Counted from the stretch's first letter, positions 41,501 through 54,895 are shown. The stretch is DNA of 64,000 bases from Lytechinus pictus (GCF_037042905.1 NC_087254.1:7006001-7070000), one strand, 5' to 3'. Notes: a model not told the origin generated them from the sequence alone. Made by a program: numbers and translations.

Positions 41501-44383
41501 NNNNNNNNNNNNNNNNNNNNNNNNNNNNNNNNNNNNNNNNNNNNNNNNNNNNNNNNNNNNNNNNNNNNNNNNNNNNNNNNNNNNNNNNNNNNNNNNNNNN
41601 NNNNNNNNNNNNNNNNNNNNNNNNNNNNNNNNNNNNNNNNNNNNNNNNNNNNNNNNNNNNNNNNNNNNNNNNNNNNNNNNNNNNNNNNNNNNNNNNNNNN
41701 NNNNNNNNNNNNNNNNNNNNNNNNNNNNNNNNNNNNNNNNNNNNNNNNNNNNNNNNNNNNNNNNNNNNNNNNNNNNNNNNNNNNNNNNNNNNNNNNTCTA
41801 CTTCTTCTTCTTTCTCAGTCCTCTTCTTCTTTTTCATCTTCTACTACTTCTTGTTATCGTTCTTCTCCTTTCATTCTCCTCTCCTTTCATCGTTTTTATG
41901 TCTGAAAAAGGCATTATACGATCAAGTTAATTATTATGGTGAAAAGTAGTGGTGACAATTATAGTTATAATGATCATGTTGATGATAATGATAATAGAAA
42001 AAAAACTATAATAGTAATAATAATGATAACAATTAAAAGGGTGAGAAAGAGCTAATACAGTTCATAATTATCGCAATGATAACTAAGAGTGCTGGTAATA
42101 ATAATCTTAGTAATCATAACACCAACAGTCAAACTAATAGGTAGACACTAAAGTGTGACAGAAACTTAATTCATTTGAACTCGATGCTTGAAAGACAGAC
42201 GTGTATGCTATCCCCTTGAAAATACTTCTTACCCCGTCAATAAACATCTTCATCCCGGGCACATGAGTGGATGCGCAAATCTTCAATTGTTTTCAGAGGG
42301 CTTATCCTTGCTCTATTAGTAATTTGCCTCTGGATATGTTGCATATATGAATAATCTCCAATTTTTTTAATGAGGAAAATAAGTTCATTCATTTGGGATG
42401 TGGTGAAGATAACTGATCTAGGGCCTGTTGTAGAAAGAGTTGCAATCAATCGCAACTCTAAAAATCATGCGCAACTTGATTTTCAACCAATCAACAGCGC
42501 GCATTTCGGACTTGCGATTGATATTTTGACTTGCGTTTAAACGCAACTCTTTCTGCAATGGACCCCTGTTCTAATAAGAGGGCAAACGTCCTATCTTATA
42601 TTTAATATTAGGTCACATGGGCATAGTATCATGGTGTGTCTTTTCATTCATATCTTTGGAGGGGATGATAGTGTGGGATGATCATTTTTGCTTCAGAATT
42701 AAATATTTAAAACTTATAAAAAATTAAAATTTCATTCAGGAGAGTAGAAACTGAGAACCCTGAATTGAAATACTAGTAAGATATTGTTAAAAGAGCCATA
42801 CATTACTCCAATCTGTGCAAAGAAAGATTGTTTAATCTCCCTTTTACAGAAACTATTATTGTTGCTTTTGTTAATACTATCATTTTTTTTTCATTTTAAT
42901 TATTGATTAATAATTAATTAATTAACTAATTAATTTATTTATTTATTTATCACGGTATTCATTCATTCATTCATTTATAAATTAATTTATTGATTTTTTT
43001 TCAGAATTTTTTTTTCTTGTGAGAATCTATATTTTGATGTAAGTCATATTTTTATAATCATATCTCAATGTCTCCTTACAGTACAAGCTGTCGGTGGAGA
43101 GTAGATAAGGAGACAGGGACATGCTTGAATAGCAATTGTTCTGCTGCCCTCACTGACCAATCCCAGGCCGTTTTGAACTATGACCTCAGGGTCAGTCTGT
43201 CTGACCTGTCCGGAACTATCAGTGGGGTCTTTATCGGAGGATATGTGGCAGAGCAAATCATTGGAAAATCGGTAAGTAGAAATGGAATTTATGGAGCGTC
43301 GCGGCCCAGCGGATTAGTCTCCGGACTTTGAAACAGAGGGTTGTGGGTTCAAATCCTAGCCATGGCGTAATTTCCTTCAGCAACAAATTCATCCACAGTG
43401 TGCTGCTCTCAACCCAGGTGAGGTAAATGGGTACAGGCAGGAAGTAATTCCTCAAAAAGCTGAGTGCACCTGAATAGGTAGCCTAGTTTAGCCGGGCAGT
43501 AATAGCAGGGCCCGCTGGGAGAACAGTTTTCGGAACTAAAGTGGCTACCCTGGGTGAATATACCGTTATTATTATTATCTATTTCATTATTATGATTTTG
43601 TAAAGGAAGGGTTAAGATGATGGATGGTAGATTGAAAAAGAGATTGGGTGATTCAAGTTGGATGTTGTTGGTGTTGGGCCAATTTTTACATCAGCCCCAA
43701 ATGAAAAGTAAACAGGTAGTTAGGACATTAAGTCTCACTTCATAATAATAATGATATAGTATCTATTCATAGAGAGCAGAAACTATTCAACAAAGTATAT
43801 ATTCTACTGCGCTATATAAGTGAATGTATTTTAAATTTTGATTTGAAGTTGGTCCTGACTTCAAGCGGTAAGCTATATGAGTTTGGGGGCAACATAAGTA
43901 GCAAATCCTTTACTACCTAGAATTTAGGTGTTAGCCCTTCAACAGAATTATTTGTATATATCTTAGTCTGAATAGATACTTTGTAACTGAAAAAAGGAGA
44001 GAAATGTATTTTGTTATATCCAGTCTTTTTTTTTTGGGGGGGGGGTTGGGGGCATTTGCATGAATGCTTCACCTTGCTGAGAACCATTGACATGGTTTGT
44101 GTAATGCCTTTGATCAATCGAGAAGTAATATACAATCTCCTTGCACTTCTCTTGATCCGGGCAGGCTGAGGACTTCTCCAAGTGTTCCAAAGGTGAGCTG
44201 ACGAGGATCAAATGGCAGCGGCTTCTCGAGAGGTGCAAGGTGTACTTCAAGATTCAGGAGAGACCCGGGATCGTCAACGGCTCTTCTTCGTTTCTCAAGA
44301 TATTGCATTGCGAGAGAGCTGAACCCGATGAGGTACTCAAGAACATCAGGTCTAGACAGACACAGGCATCTCATGTACAGTAG
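29393..44383 (+). CDS. MEIOB: Meiosis-specific OB-fold ssDNA-binding protein (RPA1 paralog); complete, 12 coding exons, 515 aa
   Basis: Exons 29393-29575, 30072-30129, 30639-30770, 31579-31654, 32487-32679, 36521-36621, 37413-37465, 38265-38360, 38857-38946, 40133-40289, 43082-43271, 44165-44383 (1548 nt, GT-AG, phases consistent). Motifs recognisable from vertebrate MEIOB: VIGIVIAK, FTLRDSPVDFINASCWG, DYYTLGDVLANG, KRCEVSLFDET, WEPKETVIFA, YGIVYAFLS, C4 zinc motif RCTSC...CLNSNC, SDLSGT, KWQRLLERCKVYFK. Confidence 0.93.
30072..30129 (+). CDS. MEIOB: MEIOB exon 2
   Basis: VVIGIVIAKQKPRQVQSKT. Confidence 0.9.
30639..30770 (+). CDS. MEIOB: MEIOB exon 3
   Basis: PGTDRSVFGFTLRDSPVDFINASCWGSSEHVLELSNKFRIGDI. 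Confidence 0.93.
31579..31654 (+). CDS. MEIOB: MEIOB exon 4
   Basis: ELKNPQVQTKSNSEIEERCRPWTP. Confidence 0.88.
32487..32679 (+). CDS. MEIOB: MEIOB exon 5
   Basis: HMPIRESTDYYTLGDVLANGRNLHGEHINLLTLVKK. Confidence 0.93.
33715..34525 (+). repeat. Degenerate minisatellite (about 60-bp unit with 20-bp substructure)
   Basis: Repeated ttagaccatctgctagtagaccaagtgggtatagccatcatggtattagatgatttgag; related degenerate arrays near 12910-13290. Confidence 0.85.
34712..35480 (+). mobile_element. Non-autonomous Helentron/Helitron-like (HINE/DINE-1 architecture) element
   Basis: 5' palindrome gtatcccccaaac...gttcggaggatac; 3' repeat gttcggaggataca followed by stem-loop tgctcggc...gccgagca and tctctagt; internal direct repeats. 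Confidence 0.7.
36521..36621 (+). CDS. MEIOB: MEIOB exon 6
   Basis: VGAPKDIVTKGGRETKRCEVSLFDETCSSFSMV. Confidence 0.93.
37413..37465 (+). CDS. MEIOB: MEIOB exon 7
   Basis: WDEEVIDLVQQWEPKET. Confidence 0.9.
37750..38130 (+). mobile_element. Non-autonomous hairpin-bearing element (possibly Crypton-type)
   Basis: ttatacaac...gttgtataa inverted pair followed by a long terminal hairpin (aatggatataccgcac...gtgcagtatatccatt). Confidence 0.45.
38265..38360 (+). CDS. MEIOB: MEIOB exon 8
   Basis: IFAVDIVAKYDDFRNTMVASVDSKSIFTVNP. Confidence 0.92.
38857..38946 (+). CDS. MEIOB: MEIOB exon 9
   Basis: TREAHSLYKFGKSCTADEESSEDTRESID. Confidence 0.85.
39005..39250 (-). mobile_element. tRNA-derived SINE
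   Basis: Reverse-strand A/B boxes (gttcaaatccc) and ccacccaggtgt core shared with the other SINEs in the window. Confidence 0.75.
40133..40289 (+). CDS. MEIOB: MEIOB exon 10
   Basis: QTIHDVYMIDELKAK...YGIVYAFLSSYDLDGPSSAVLSMR. Confidence 0.92.
40238..41384 (+). repeat. Tandem repeat (about 250-290 bp, at least 4.5 copies) built from the 3' end of MEIOB exon 10 plus the intron start
   Basis: ctttcatcctatgatctggatggaccg...atgagatg|gtgagatg recurs at about 40238, 40491, 40743, 41000 and 41291; runs into the N-gap. Confidence 0.9.
41385..41796. other. Assembly gap (others at 53707-53951 and 57183-57601)
   Basis: N runs. Confidence 0.99.
43082..43271 (+). CDS. MEIOB: MEIOB exon 11 (zinc ribbon)
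   Basis: TSCRWRVDKETGTCLNSNC...YDLRVSLSDLSGTI. Confidence 0.93.
43293..43578 (+). mobile_element. tRNA-derived SINE
   Basis: A-box-like cggcccagcgg, B-box ggttcaaatcc, acccaggtgaggtaaatgggtac core, (TTA)n tail. Confidence 0.8.
44165..44383 (+). CDS. MEIOB: MEIOB terminal exon 12
   Basis: AEDFSKCSKGELTRIKWQRLLERCKVYFKI...HVQ-TAG. Confidence 0.9.
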   Translation, partial: AEDFSKCSKGELTRIKWQRLLERCKVYFKIQERPGIVNGSSSFLKILHCERAEPDEVLKNIRSRQTQASHVQ

Positions 44384-44415
44384 TGCCTCAGTCACATTAA
44401 CTGAACAGACTCCAG

Positions 44416-44544
44416 GGGTCCGTAACACAAAGCTTAGCCATCATCGTAGAACATTTCTTTACGATTGATTGCATTGACTTCAGTGTACAATCAGACGTGA
44501 AAAGCAAGCGTATGATCGATCGCTAACCATCGTGTTACGGGACC
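44416..44544. mobile_element. MITE family B (GGGTCCGTAACAC TIR) in the MEIOB 3' UTR; another copy at 47803-47931
   Basis: TIRs, CAG flanks, two homologous copies. Confidence 0.75.
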
Positions 44545-45729
44545 CAGAGCAACCAAAGATATTCCATCATTTCAAATGACATACGATTGTTCGGTTTGGA
44601 GTCATTTTTGTAGTGACTGAAACATTTCTTCCCTCTGCTTTATGAAATAAGGACAGTACAACTTTGTCTGAAAAGGGGAATTTAATGATTTCCACCATCA
44701 TTGTCATTGTAACTTTGAACATTAAATGGCAGTTGGAGGATCCATGCCGGGGAGGGGGGGAGGCGAGGGCACCCTCTATGTTTTGATAATCATCCACTGA
44801 GCATATATATACATATTTAAAAAAAACAGTGTAACTAAATCAAACAAAAGTGTCATTTACACTACCTTAAATTTGCGCTATGCGCCCCTTTTATTTAAAA
44901 TTCCTGAATATACCACTTGTGTATGGTGTAGGTATTTTCCCCATTCCTTAAGAGAATATCTTTAAGTGATCCCATTTCTTCCTTTCAGAGTTGGCTGAAA
45001 AGATTTGATGACATTTTTGACAATCTTGAAATTTGTAAAGTTATTTTTGCACTATTTAAATAACAATCTGAAAGTAATTTCAATACATGAATGAATGGCA
45101 ATATTGATTTTCTTATAGCCTGCAGAAATGGCTTAGATTCATTTATTATTGAACATATTTAAAAATGTATAATATATTGAACCAAAGGTATGTATTTATA
45201 ACATTTTAAGAAATGCTTTATCTATGTTGTATGCCAAAGAAGGAACAATGTACTAAAACATGATCAATAATATGCTGCTTTTTATAATCATTTTTAATGT
45301 GGTTAATTGTATGTAATATTAAAATACATATTCAAATATTAAATACAATCTAAGTTTCCTAACCTCATAAAAGAATTACTTTTTAATTTCAATGTAACAT
45401 TTTATTTGTAAATACCTTGATGCACAGTGAATATGTTTTCTAAGAAATGTTTATGTAAGTATATGATATGGAGGACTACATTTTGTATTCTTTATGGGAA
45501 GAGAGTATATATACTTAAGAATAAAGATATGTGTTTTTATAACATTTTAACCCGAATTCCGTACAGAATTTGATTTCTGCCAAAATATGGACTCTTCACA
45601 TCGTATGTTTTTTTATATAACAAAAGGAGTTTCTTCTTAAAAATGTGTATTTCCCATCTGTTTGGTCAATGCAAGATTCACTCGTAGGCAGAACTTTACA
45701 GAGCAATCATTATCAATATTTGCAATGTC

Positions 45730-46048
45730 GAGAGCCGTGGTGTAGTGGTTCTAACTCTTGCCTTGTAAACAGAGGGTCCTGTGTTCGAATCCCATCGCGG
45801 TCTAGCGTCTTTGGCAAGGCGTTAATCCACACTTTGCTACTCTCGACCCAGGTGCTATATGGGTACCAGGTAGGATGCGAAAGATATTGTATGTTTGAAT
45901 TTGCCAATGCCATAATTAGGCTGCAATGAATGCAAGGAATGCTCCCCAGGGAGTGGAAATTGTGCACTTTTCGTGCGGGATTAAAATGAATCCAATGACC
46001 GGGGTAATAATATGCTGTAAAATGCTTTGAGCCGTTCTGGGAAAAGCG
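45730..46048 (+). mobile_element. tRNA-derived SINE
   Basis: A-box tggtgtagtgg, B-box gttcgaatcc, acccaggtgc...atgggtacc core, aagcgctata 3' end. Confidence 0.8.
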
Positions 46049-47802
46049 CTATACAAAAAATTGACTATTTACACATCTTGATTATTTGGGAACTATGGAG
46101 GAAGAGTGTTCCTTCAAATGGCTCTGGGGAGCTTTACATGAAGAGTTTTGTCGTTGTCGGTGATATTCACTGACTAATGTGCTCTCAGCCAATCAGATGC
46201 AAGGATTTTCAGTAGCTTATAATTTTTTTTTAATGAAACCCTCAATGCCCAAGTTGTCTCGTGTATAGAGGGACCTCCTTCAAATATGTATTTAATTTGG
46301 ATATGTTGCATTGGAAGTGACTTGTGTTTAAGGTGTTTTAATTCACTGTCTAAACATATATTTTCTTATAAAGATAGCAAAAAGCTTGAATATGACTGCA
46401 TCAACAATATGGAAATGGTGAAAATTATTTCTATAATCAAATAAGGCTAACAAATGTAGCTTCTCGTGAACGTCTATATACAGAAGTGGATGAATGTTTT
46501 GCATGCTGCATTAAAAAAGCAAATTTACGCTCCGAGAACCCTCTTGTTTGATAGCCAGACCCTTGGAGAAGAGGAGTAGATATTAATCAGATGAAAATCA
46601 ACAAAAAATGATACAGAACAAGGCGGGAATAGGCGTGCTAAAGGAATGTAAAATAGTCATGACGCACTCTTGATACAAACAAACACAGAAGCATGATCGG
46701 TGGCCGTGTTGAGTGAGGAACTGTGCATTTCCTTGACATTAAACAATGTGCTCAATTCAGGCATGAACACAAATGCAGAGAATCTTTTCCACCCATTTTA
46801 GCGTTGACAAATATTGACTTGCCAAGCCCCTATTTTTATGGAACATACTCTGACCGCTTCCTTCACGCCTGTATTGGAATAAGACATTAAGTGAAGGGGA
46901 AGGGAGCTGGATGGAATATGTCAATGTTGTTGAAATTGGTGAACATTGAATGTGTTTTATTCATTTGGTAACACTATGCAGTAGTACTTGTACCATGGCG
47001 TCTGTGTATGTGCGAGTGCGAATTTGCAAAATTGTATTCTTCAAATTCAGATTTCCAAAAGAAATAATTTTCTCTGATCAAATTGATTTTATAATTTCTT
47101 CTTTCAAACTATTTTACTTTTTTATTTGTTTTATCAATCTATCTATTTATATAAACTCATAGAATATAATTCATACTTGAATAACCTATACGTATATAAA
47201 CTTATACAATACATATGTTAATATATCAAGCATTAAATAGGAAAATAATACTTTAATATATGATAGCTTAAAAACACATTATCTATGAATAAATATATAC
47301 TATTGAAAATTGCAATGATGTTACTTTGATATTGGTTCTTTTTCAGTCTAAAAAATTGACTTTCAAGACTGATCATATAAATATATATATATAATATTAT
47401 ATAAACATATAAATGTGTATATTTTACATAAGCGATATTTAAAATGCAAAATAATTGTCCATAAAGTTATAAATCCAATGATATTTTGCATTTTTTAGAT
47501 CCTAAATACAATCAATTTTATGTTGGAATATATTTTTTTTTTTTTTCATTGACTAAAATGTTACAAAGTTAAAGAATTTGTAGCTTATTACATCAAAAAT
47601 TTCAATAAAAGTGTTCTTGAAACATCCTTAATTTCTCTGGCTTAGTTTATTAATTATCAATCGTCATCTTGCCATTATTGTCAACATAAATGCTTCTATC
47701 TGACTGAATTTGTATTCCACGTGCAGGTGTGTTTTATCAGGTTGTTGGTTTATGCACTTGAGTATTTGTAGAGTAAAAAAAACTACACCAACATATGATC
47801 TG

Positions 47803-48089
47803 GGGCCCGTAACACAAAGCTTAGCAATGATCGTAGAACATTTTTCTACGATTGATTCCATAGACTACAATGTACAATCAATCGTAAAAATCAAGCATCC
47901 AATTAATCGCTAACCTTTGTGTTACGGGACCCAGGGGCCCGTTTCATAAAGAGTTTCAACTATGGTAACTTTGCCATTATGACAGCTACCGTGGCAACAG
48001 GGCATAGCAGCCAATCAGGATCAAGGTTACCATGATAGTTGCCATAATGGCAAAGTTACAACAGTTGTAAATCTTTATGAAACGGGCCC
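47803..48089. mobile_element. Two abutting Harbinger-like MITEs sharing a CAG junction
   Basis: 47803-47931 (family B) and 47935-48089 (GGGCCCGTTTCATAAAGA TIR). Confidence 0.75.
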
Positions 48090-49282
48090 CTGGTATGTTT
48101 TGATCACTTGATAAAATCGAGAGTTACGTACACACATGTGGGTATTGGTATTCATTAAAGCTGATTGTCATTTGGATCCTGTTTCAAATATAGACTTTTT
48201 ATATCAAATGCACTATTCCTATTATGAGTATACTATCAGCCAATCAAATTGTATGATTTCAGTAGCTTTTGATTGATGTTACAAGTTTGTTATTATAATG
48301 GATTTTATGAAACTGGCCCCAGATTTTACGTGTAGTTCACACGAGATCCTGATCTAGCTGGGAACAGAAAGGAATATTGAATGTTTCCTTCAGTCATCAA
48401 CCCATCCCTGATACCGTGAATATGATATCAATTTGATATATTATTCAAAATAAAAGCCATGAATTGATTTTAATTATATTCATATTGGTTAAGCCCATCT
48501 AAACCTTTGGTAAATGGTCGAAAATATATAACATTCCAGTCTTACAATATGTTCAATTCAAGTAAACATTTATTTTCTTCCGATTGACATTACACAGGTT
48601 ACATCCATTTCATATGAAATAAACAAATCAATAATACAGCAATATAACAAATGTAAATACAATATGTAACACATACAAATACAGAAAGTTATTTGGAGTT
48701 CTATAAATGCAGGATATTAATCAGTTAAAGCTGTCATTACTATATCATATTTAAAAAAAACACTTAATCAAATTTCTAAATTAGAATGGAAGATATACGT
48801 AGAATTAATCTGTCATTGCATATAATTTAAAAATGTACAGCAAATATAATGAGAGTTATGTACTATTTCCAAGGGGGATCCACACTTTACAAGCTTTGCT
48901 TTTTAGTGGACCCTCCTCATTTCCATTTATGCTCAATATTATACTGTTTTTTGTTTTACGAAGTAAGAATGCTTGTCTGTAAAATTGTATTTGATTTGTA
49001 TTACTTTATATTACTTTGTATTATGTTTTGAATGGAAATGGAATAAAGAATTGAATTGAATGAATTGAATATACAATGGGACAATGATGGTCATTCAGTT
49101 CCTACTACGGTATCGTTTTAATTATTATTATTTGTTATTATTTTACTGTAAAATCGCAGAGTTCATTAAATTAATGTAACCCACTTAAAGTTATATCCTT
49201 CACATCAGCTGTTGTAGGGTATATGCACATTCATTATACCTGAGTAATGATTCGGATTCGTATATGACAGACACTTATATTA

Positions 49283-49589
49283 GGCCCGTATTCTGAAGTC
49301 AGGTTTAACTTAGACCATGGTCTAACTGTGCTAAAATTATGGGAAGCCAAAAGTGACACAATTTTTATTAAGTTGTATATTTCTTATATTTACTGCGCTC
49401 TGTCCTCATTCTTCAATGGTGAAGACTAATCTATTTATACTTCCTAGACAATTATGAATGATTTGAAAGCCAAATGAGCTGAAATATGATTTCCCTACTG
49501 TTAGTGATTTATGTAACAATTGGCTATCCATACTTAAACCTCAACTTGAAATCTGAGTTTAAGTTAAACCCGACTTCAGAATACGGGCC
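49283..49589. mobile_element. MITE with GGCCCGTATTCTGAAGTC TIR
   Basis: Perfect terminal inverted repeat, TTA-like flanks. Confidence 0.8.
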
Positions 49590-52500
49590 TTACGGGGTGG
49601 ATTCACCACACAAGATAAATAGAAATTTACCACGCTTCAATCCTCAACCCACATACTAAACATGAAAATCATGTCCTAGTTCTCAAATGATAATGAAGAG
49701 ATATGGTCAAATAAATTGGTTGCATTACCTAAACTACAATGGGGGAAATCCCTCAGCGGGTCACAGTAAATTTAGGATATTGCGATAAACAAGCAGGAGC
49801 ATATTACAGAAAGCCAACGTTCCTTGAGCGAAGCAGGATTTACTTTTTCCTCTATATTAATTTGAGACACGTGCGTAATGCGTTGGTGTTCATGTATTTT
49901 TAATGTTGTTTTTTTGTTTTCGTTTTGTTTAATTCGTGACTCTGTTTATTGTAAAAAAAAATGTTCATTTATCATGTTAACTTTTTGTTCGATAATTTGT
50001 AAAAATGGTTAATTATCTTTTATTGCAATTCTCTATGTTTGGATTGGAAATCAGTAAAATAAACTTGAAACTTGTTGTTTTAATATTAGATGTTGAGAGA
50101 GGGGGTACGTAGGCAGATAGAGAAAACGGGAGACGACATCTTCGAAAATAATAGCACTGCATTTATGTTCGTTCATATCCAATGTTTTGTACTTTTTTTC
50201 TGCACCTTTTTTCTCTTTTAACCGCATTTCCCCTTTCATCTACTACTTAAAAAGGCGTGGGGGAGCAGTCGCCTCCTGCCCCCCCCCCCCCCCCCCCCCA
50301 CTTAGCACAACCTCTGATGGTGCTGATGATGGCGTCATGGAACGTAATGTATGACGACGATGATGATGATGATGATGATAAAGCTTATAATCGTGGAATA
50401 AATTGAACTTTTATTATTAGTTATCAGCTGATTTGCATGTATAGGCTAGACCAATTAAAAGCTTCAGTCTCTGTATTGGTTGTTCAGCTGAACTCAGTTC
50501 GTTGGTTATACACTCACAAGTGCATACAATCATGTAATATTAGAGTTAAATGCCAGAAACATTAAATATATCCCCAGAAAAAACGGTTATTCCTGTGATA
50601 TATAAACATATCCTCTTTCTTGACAATGACAAGAAAAAAATAGGTTTTGTTGTCCTTTGCCCAAGCCAGTATTATGATATTTTTTATTTGCAGTATGTTA
50701 CTGACCTAATTGATATGCCCTTTTCGACATGTTTTGTTTGATATCCATATTTCATCTTTAATGATGCAAATAGTTCCCCCGTGAAATTTGCTAAATGTGT
50801 TTTCTCTCATTGTGGTTCATTGGCGAGTGAAATCGTTGAAATTAAATTATAGCGGGAAGAAATCTTCCTTTTCACAAAATACCGTCTTTGCTATAAGCAC
50901 CGCTATACTTATTTCTTCTGCTTCTTTGGAGTGAAGTAATTAATTTTCATAAAAGTCGACAAAGAGATATGAATCGAGCGAGAGAAAGGGTAAGGATCGA
51001 GGGAGGGAGATAGACATTCGGAGAAGGACTTGTTTTGTGCGTGGTGCTTTAATTCTCCCATATATTATTATGCTCGCTTATATTGTATATGATTTGCTGA
51101 CTACATGTACATAGCTTTCAGTCTGATTGGCATATGTGTTTACATAAATCATTAATAGGATCAGATTTTCATTTCATACAGAGCAGTCGACTCCTTAAAG
51201 ATTGAATTTGGCTATATAATTATTTGTGTGTGAGTTTGACGTGTGTTCGTGCTTGTCTAAACCAGCAAATTATTGGTCCGATCACGGCGTATTGTCGTAT
51301 GCTTTGTAAACCAACATTATACCGGGGACCAAGACACGCAATCTCATTCGAGGCAATTTTACACGGAAGTGATGTGTATAGGGGAATATGATTGAAACGG
51401 TGGTTGAAAAGAATGATGGAGAGGGTGAATAGTCAAGAGGAAAGAATGATGAAGATTTTGGACAAGTATACTCCAAAAGACGAATTTGGTATTATAAGCA
51501 TATTAGATCAAATTTTAGTTTGGAATGTAAATTTTAAAGCAGGCCGGGGCGGTGCCCGGGGATAGGGGCGTCCGTTTTATTAATTGTGTTTCGAGAAAAT
51601 AATAATAATAGTCCGCTTTTATATATCGCTTAATACATCGGAACGACGTGTCTAAGCGCTTTACAGATTTATTATTAACCCGGTCATCGGATTCAATCAG
51701 TCAAGAAAACCAAACTTGATTTCGAACGAGGGAGATAAAACCCGGGGGAAGAGAGTGATAAAAGGTGAAAAGGAATATAAAGAGGGCTAGATCAGACATG
51801 TGTTTTGTTTAAAGGAGACAAATAGTTTAAGTATCAAAACACCTTGGCGGCTCCCTGCATGGTTTAAAGTTCAAAACTTTCCCAACTATCATTTACAGAC
51901 ATTAAAAGTTTCAAAGTGCATTTTCGTTCGATGGAGACATTACAACAATAAGACAGAGTAAAATAATAGGGGAAGGTAATTGTCATACCGTTTACAAGCT
52001 AAAAGTACAAATGATGAATTATCGAATTAAAAATTCGAGATTGAAAAAGGGGAAATTTCAAACCCAATAAAGTAAAGAGCTTGGCGGCTACGAATGAAGT
52101 GAAGCGCGCTATGATTTGACGCACGAAATACAAAGTTCTATATTCTTCACTGCTTACCGTATATAGGAAGCGGAAGGCAACCACGCGTTCAACATCATAT
52201 TACCATGGCAACCGGTTTCTTTTAAATCAAGTTTGGTTTTTCACGACTGAATAAAAGCGGTCTTTTCACTCTTTGAAGCGTGTTATATATAGGATCGCAG
52301 TCGTTTGAGATTGTTCTATCATGCATGTGACATGCATGTGAATGTAATGTATCTCTTCAAAGCGAGACCACAGAATATTATATAGGCCTACATGCAAGAG
52401 ATGGATGTTTCCTTGACGAAACTCGTCATCAATAATCATCAGTGCATATACATTCTAAAAATCATCTAGTCAAAATGACTAGGTCACTAGTCATGTGCAC

Positions 52501-52815
52501 TATATATATCTTTCTTTTATTTTTCATATATACTCCACTCGATGGTAGAATTTGAAACTTTTTTAGTAATATTGACATGCTGTAAAAAAAAGTATAATAA
52601 CATAAAGTTTAAATAGAAAATTCAATTTTAAGAGGAAAATTTCGGTACCAATTTACTATGTAAATTCATATATTCTTACTGCTTTAACATATTGACATAA
52701 GTGAAGAAGAAAGAAGCAGTATACTAGCAGATGTTTTGTTGAAAATGAAATTGAAAATACGTTATCTATGATTTCCATACACTCCTCTTATCATCAATAT
52801 GTCAGCATTGCACTA

Positions 52816-52981
52816 CACTGTAAAAAATGATGTGCTAATTTAGCACTTACAGTGCTTGTATAGTGACTGCACTACGAGTGCTGATTTTCAAGTTCAAATT
52901 TAAACTAGAAAATCAGCACTCGTAGTGCAGTCACTGTACAAGCACTGTAAGTGCTAAATTAGCACATCATTTTTTACAGTG
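52816..52981. mobile_element. Palindromic MITE (CACTGTAAAAAATG termini, TA flanks)
   Basis: Nearly perfect 166-bp hairpin. Confidence 0.85.
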
Positions 52982-54085
52982 TACACATCGCGGTTATAAA
53001 ACCGCATATCCATTCTTGTCATTTTGTGTGTATAGTATACAAGTAGAAATGAGACATTCTTTGGCATTTTTACTGGATGTAGATCACTTTTCTTGCTGTG
53101 CATTATTTTCATTTATCAGTTTTTCCTCGATATATTGGCGCAGTCATCATGCTCGTGTTTCCATGGTAACTCTTCAACAAATAGCTCCGAGATCGGATTC
53201 TTACGTAAGATGTGACGCTATATTTATAATAATATTATGCACATCAAGAAGCAGACAAGTGTAAAGAAAATACATGACAAGCATTTTAAACCACAAACAA
53301 AATCAAGTTTTTGGCTTAATCGAGAATGGAACTTGTATGTCGGGAAAACACGCATAACCATGATGGTGAAGTGATAGCCAAGGTAACTAAAAAGCAAAAG
53401 ATATGATAATGCATGATATACATGTTTTTTTTTTCGTATTAGACAAGGAACGTGTAAAAGATAAGATGGTGCATTAATGATTAAACAGACTACGTTGTCT
53501 TAATAATGGTGATCATAGTGATGGTGACAACAACGACGGCAGCGACAGCGACGTTGAAGATGGCAAACTACATAGGATGATGTGGAAGATGATGATGCTG
53601 ATCATCATCATCATGATCATGGGTGATGATAAAATAAATGATGATGATGATGGATGATGGTGACGATAATGGTGATGATGGCGATGATGGTGATGATAAA
53701 GTTAATNNNNNNNNNNNNNNNNNNNNNNNNNNNNNNNNNNNNNNNNNNNNNNNNNNNNNNNNNNNNNNNNNNNNNNNNNNNNNNNNNNNNNNNNNNNNNN
53801 NNNNNNNNNNNNNNNNNNNNNNNNNNNNNNNNNNNNNNNNNNNNNNNNNNNNNNNNNNNNNNNNNNNNNNNNNNNNNNNNNNNNNNNNNNNNNNNNNNNN
53901 NNNNNNNNNNNNNNNNNNNNNNNNNNNNNNNNNNNNNNNNNNNNNNNNNNNTAATGTTGATAATGATGCTAGCATGTGATTTATGCATGCATTTTAAGGT
54001 TCTATTCATATATAAGGATAAACATCAAAACTTGAATTTCCTTGTAGTTGTTACTGTTTTAGCTCCTTTTTTTATTCGCGACCGT

Positions 54086-54090
<5 letters not shown>

Positions 54091-54148
<58 letters not shown>
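54091..54148. repeat. (TA)n microsatellite
   Basis: Read directly. Confidence 0.95.
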
Positions 54149-54154
<6 letters not shown>

Positions 54155-54614
54155 AATGTTTTACCACACTCATTAAATTCAATTGTTAATTGAAATTGAA
54201 TTGAAAAAGAGCACGGAGCAGAAGCTAGCAAAATATCGTTTCCGTTTTGATTAATCCTTTCGGGTAGCTTTGATAAGCCTAGTTTTATATTAAGGGAAAT
54301 AAATACTTCAGAATGGAAAAATCAGATCCGCAAAAAGACTTGTAACGTCATCTAAACAAATGGACGATAAAATAAGATAAATGGAGGCAAATATGACTCG
54401 AGAGAATTGAAATACATCTCAGCGAAATCCAAAACAAGTCATGAAAGACAAGAACAATTTTCGTGATGAATTAAAATTCTGCTTATTGAACTGGCAACCA
54501 ATTGATTGCCAGCGTTGATGTCGGGTGGTTCAATGGACTGCTTCATTTTACGAAGTCTCCAGAGAATACGGGCAGATACAGCCCCGTGTTCGAAAGGTTC
54601 GGAGCGTCAACCTG

Positions 54615-54895
54615 GGTCCAATCTTACAAAGAGTGACGATTGATCCAATCAATCGCAACTATGGAAAGCCAGCAATGTCAACATCTAAAAATGCATGTTT
54701 GTTCAAAATATTTTCTTGTTTTGAGGTATGTTCATACATTAACTGGTTGTTGTTGTTTTTTGACAATTCAGTATGCTTCTCTTTGTTTTCAAAGGACATT
54801 GTGCAAATTTCCTGTAGACAAAATTATGACACTGATGGATTTCCATATAGTTACGATTGGTCGGATCAATCGTAGCTCTTTGTAAGACGGGGCCC
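54615..54895. mobile_element. MITE family A copy
   Basis: Homologous to 12473-12740. Confidence 0.75.

Noticed and set aside
41349-41930. Long ORFs spanning N runs (also 53568-54193 and 57134-57632)
   Set aside because: Artifacts of assembly gaps
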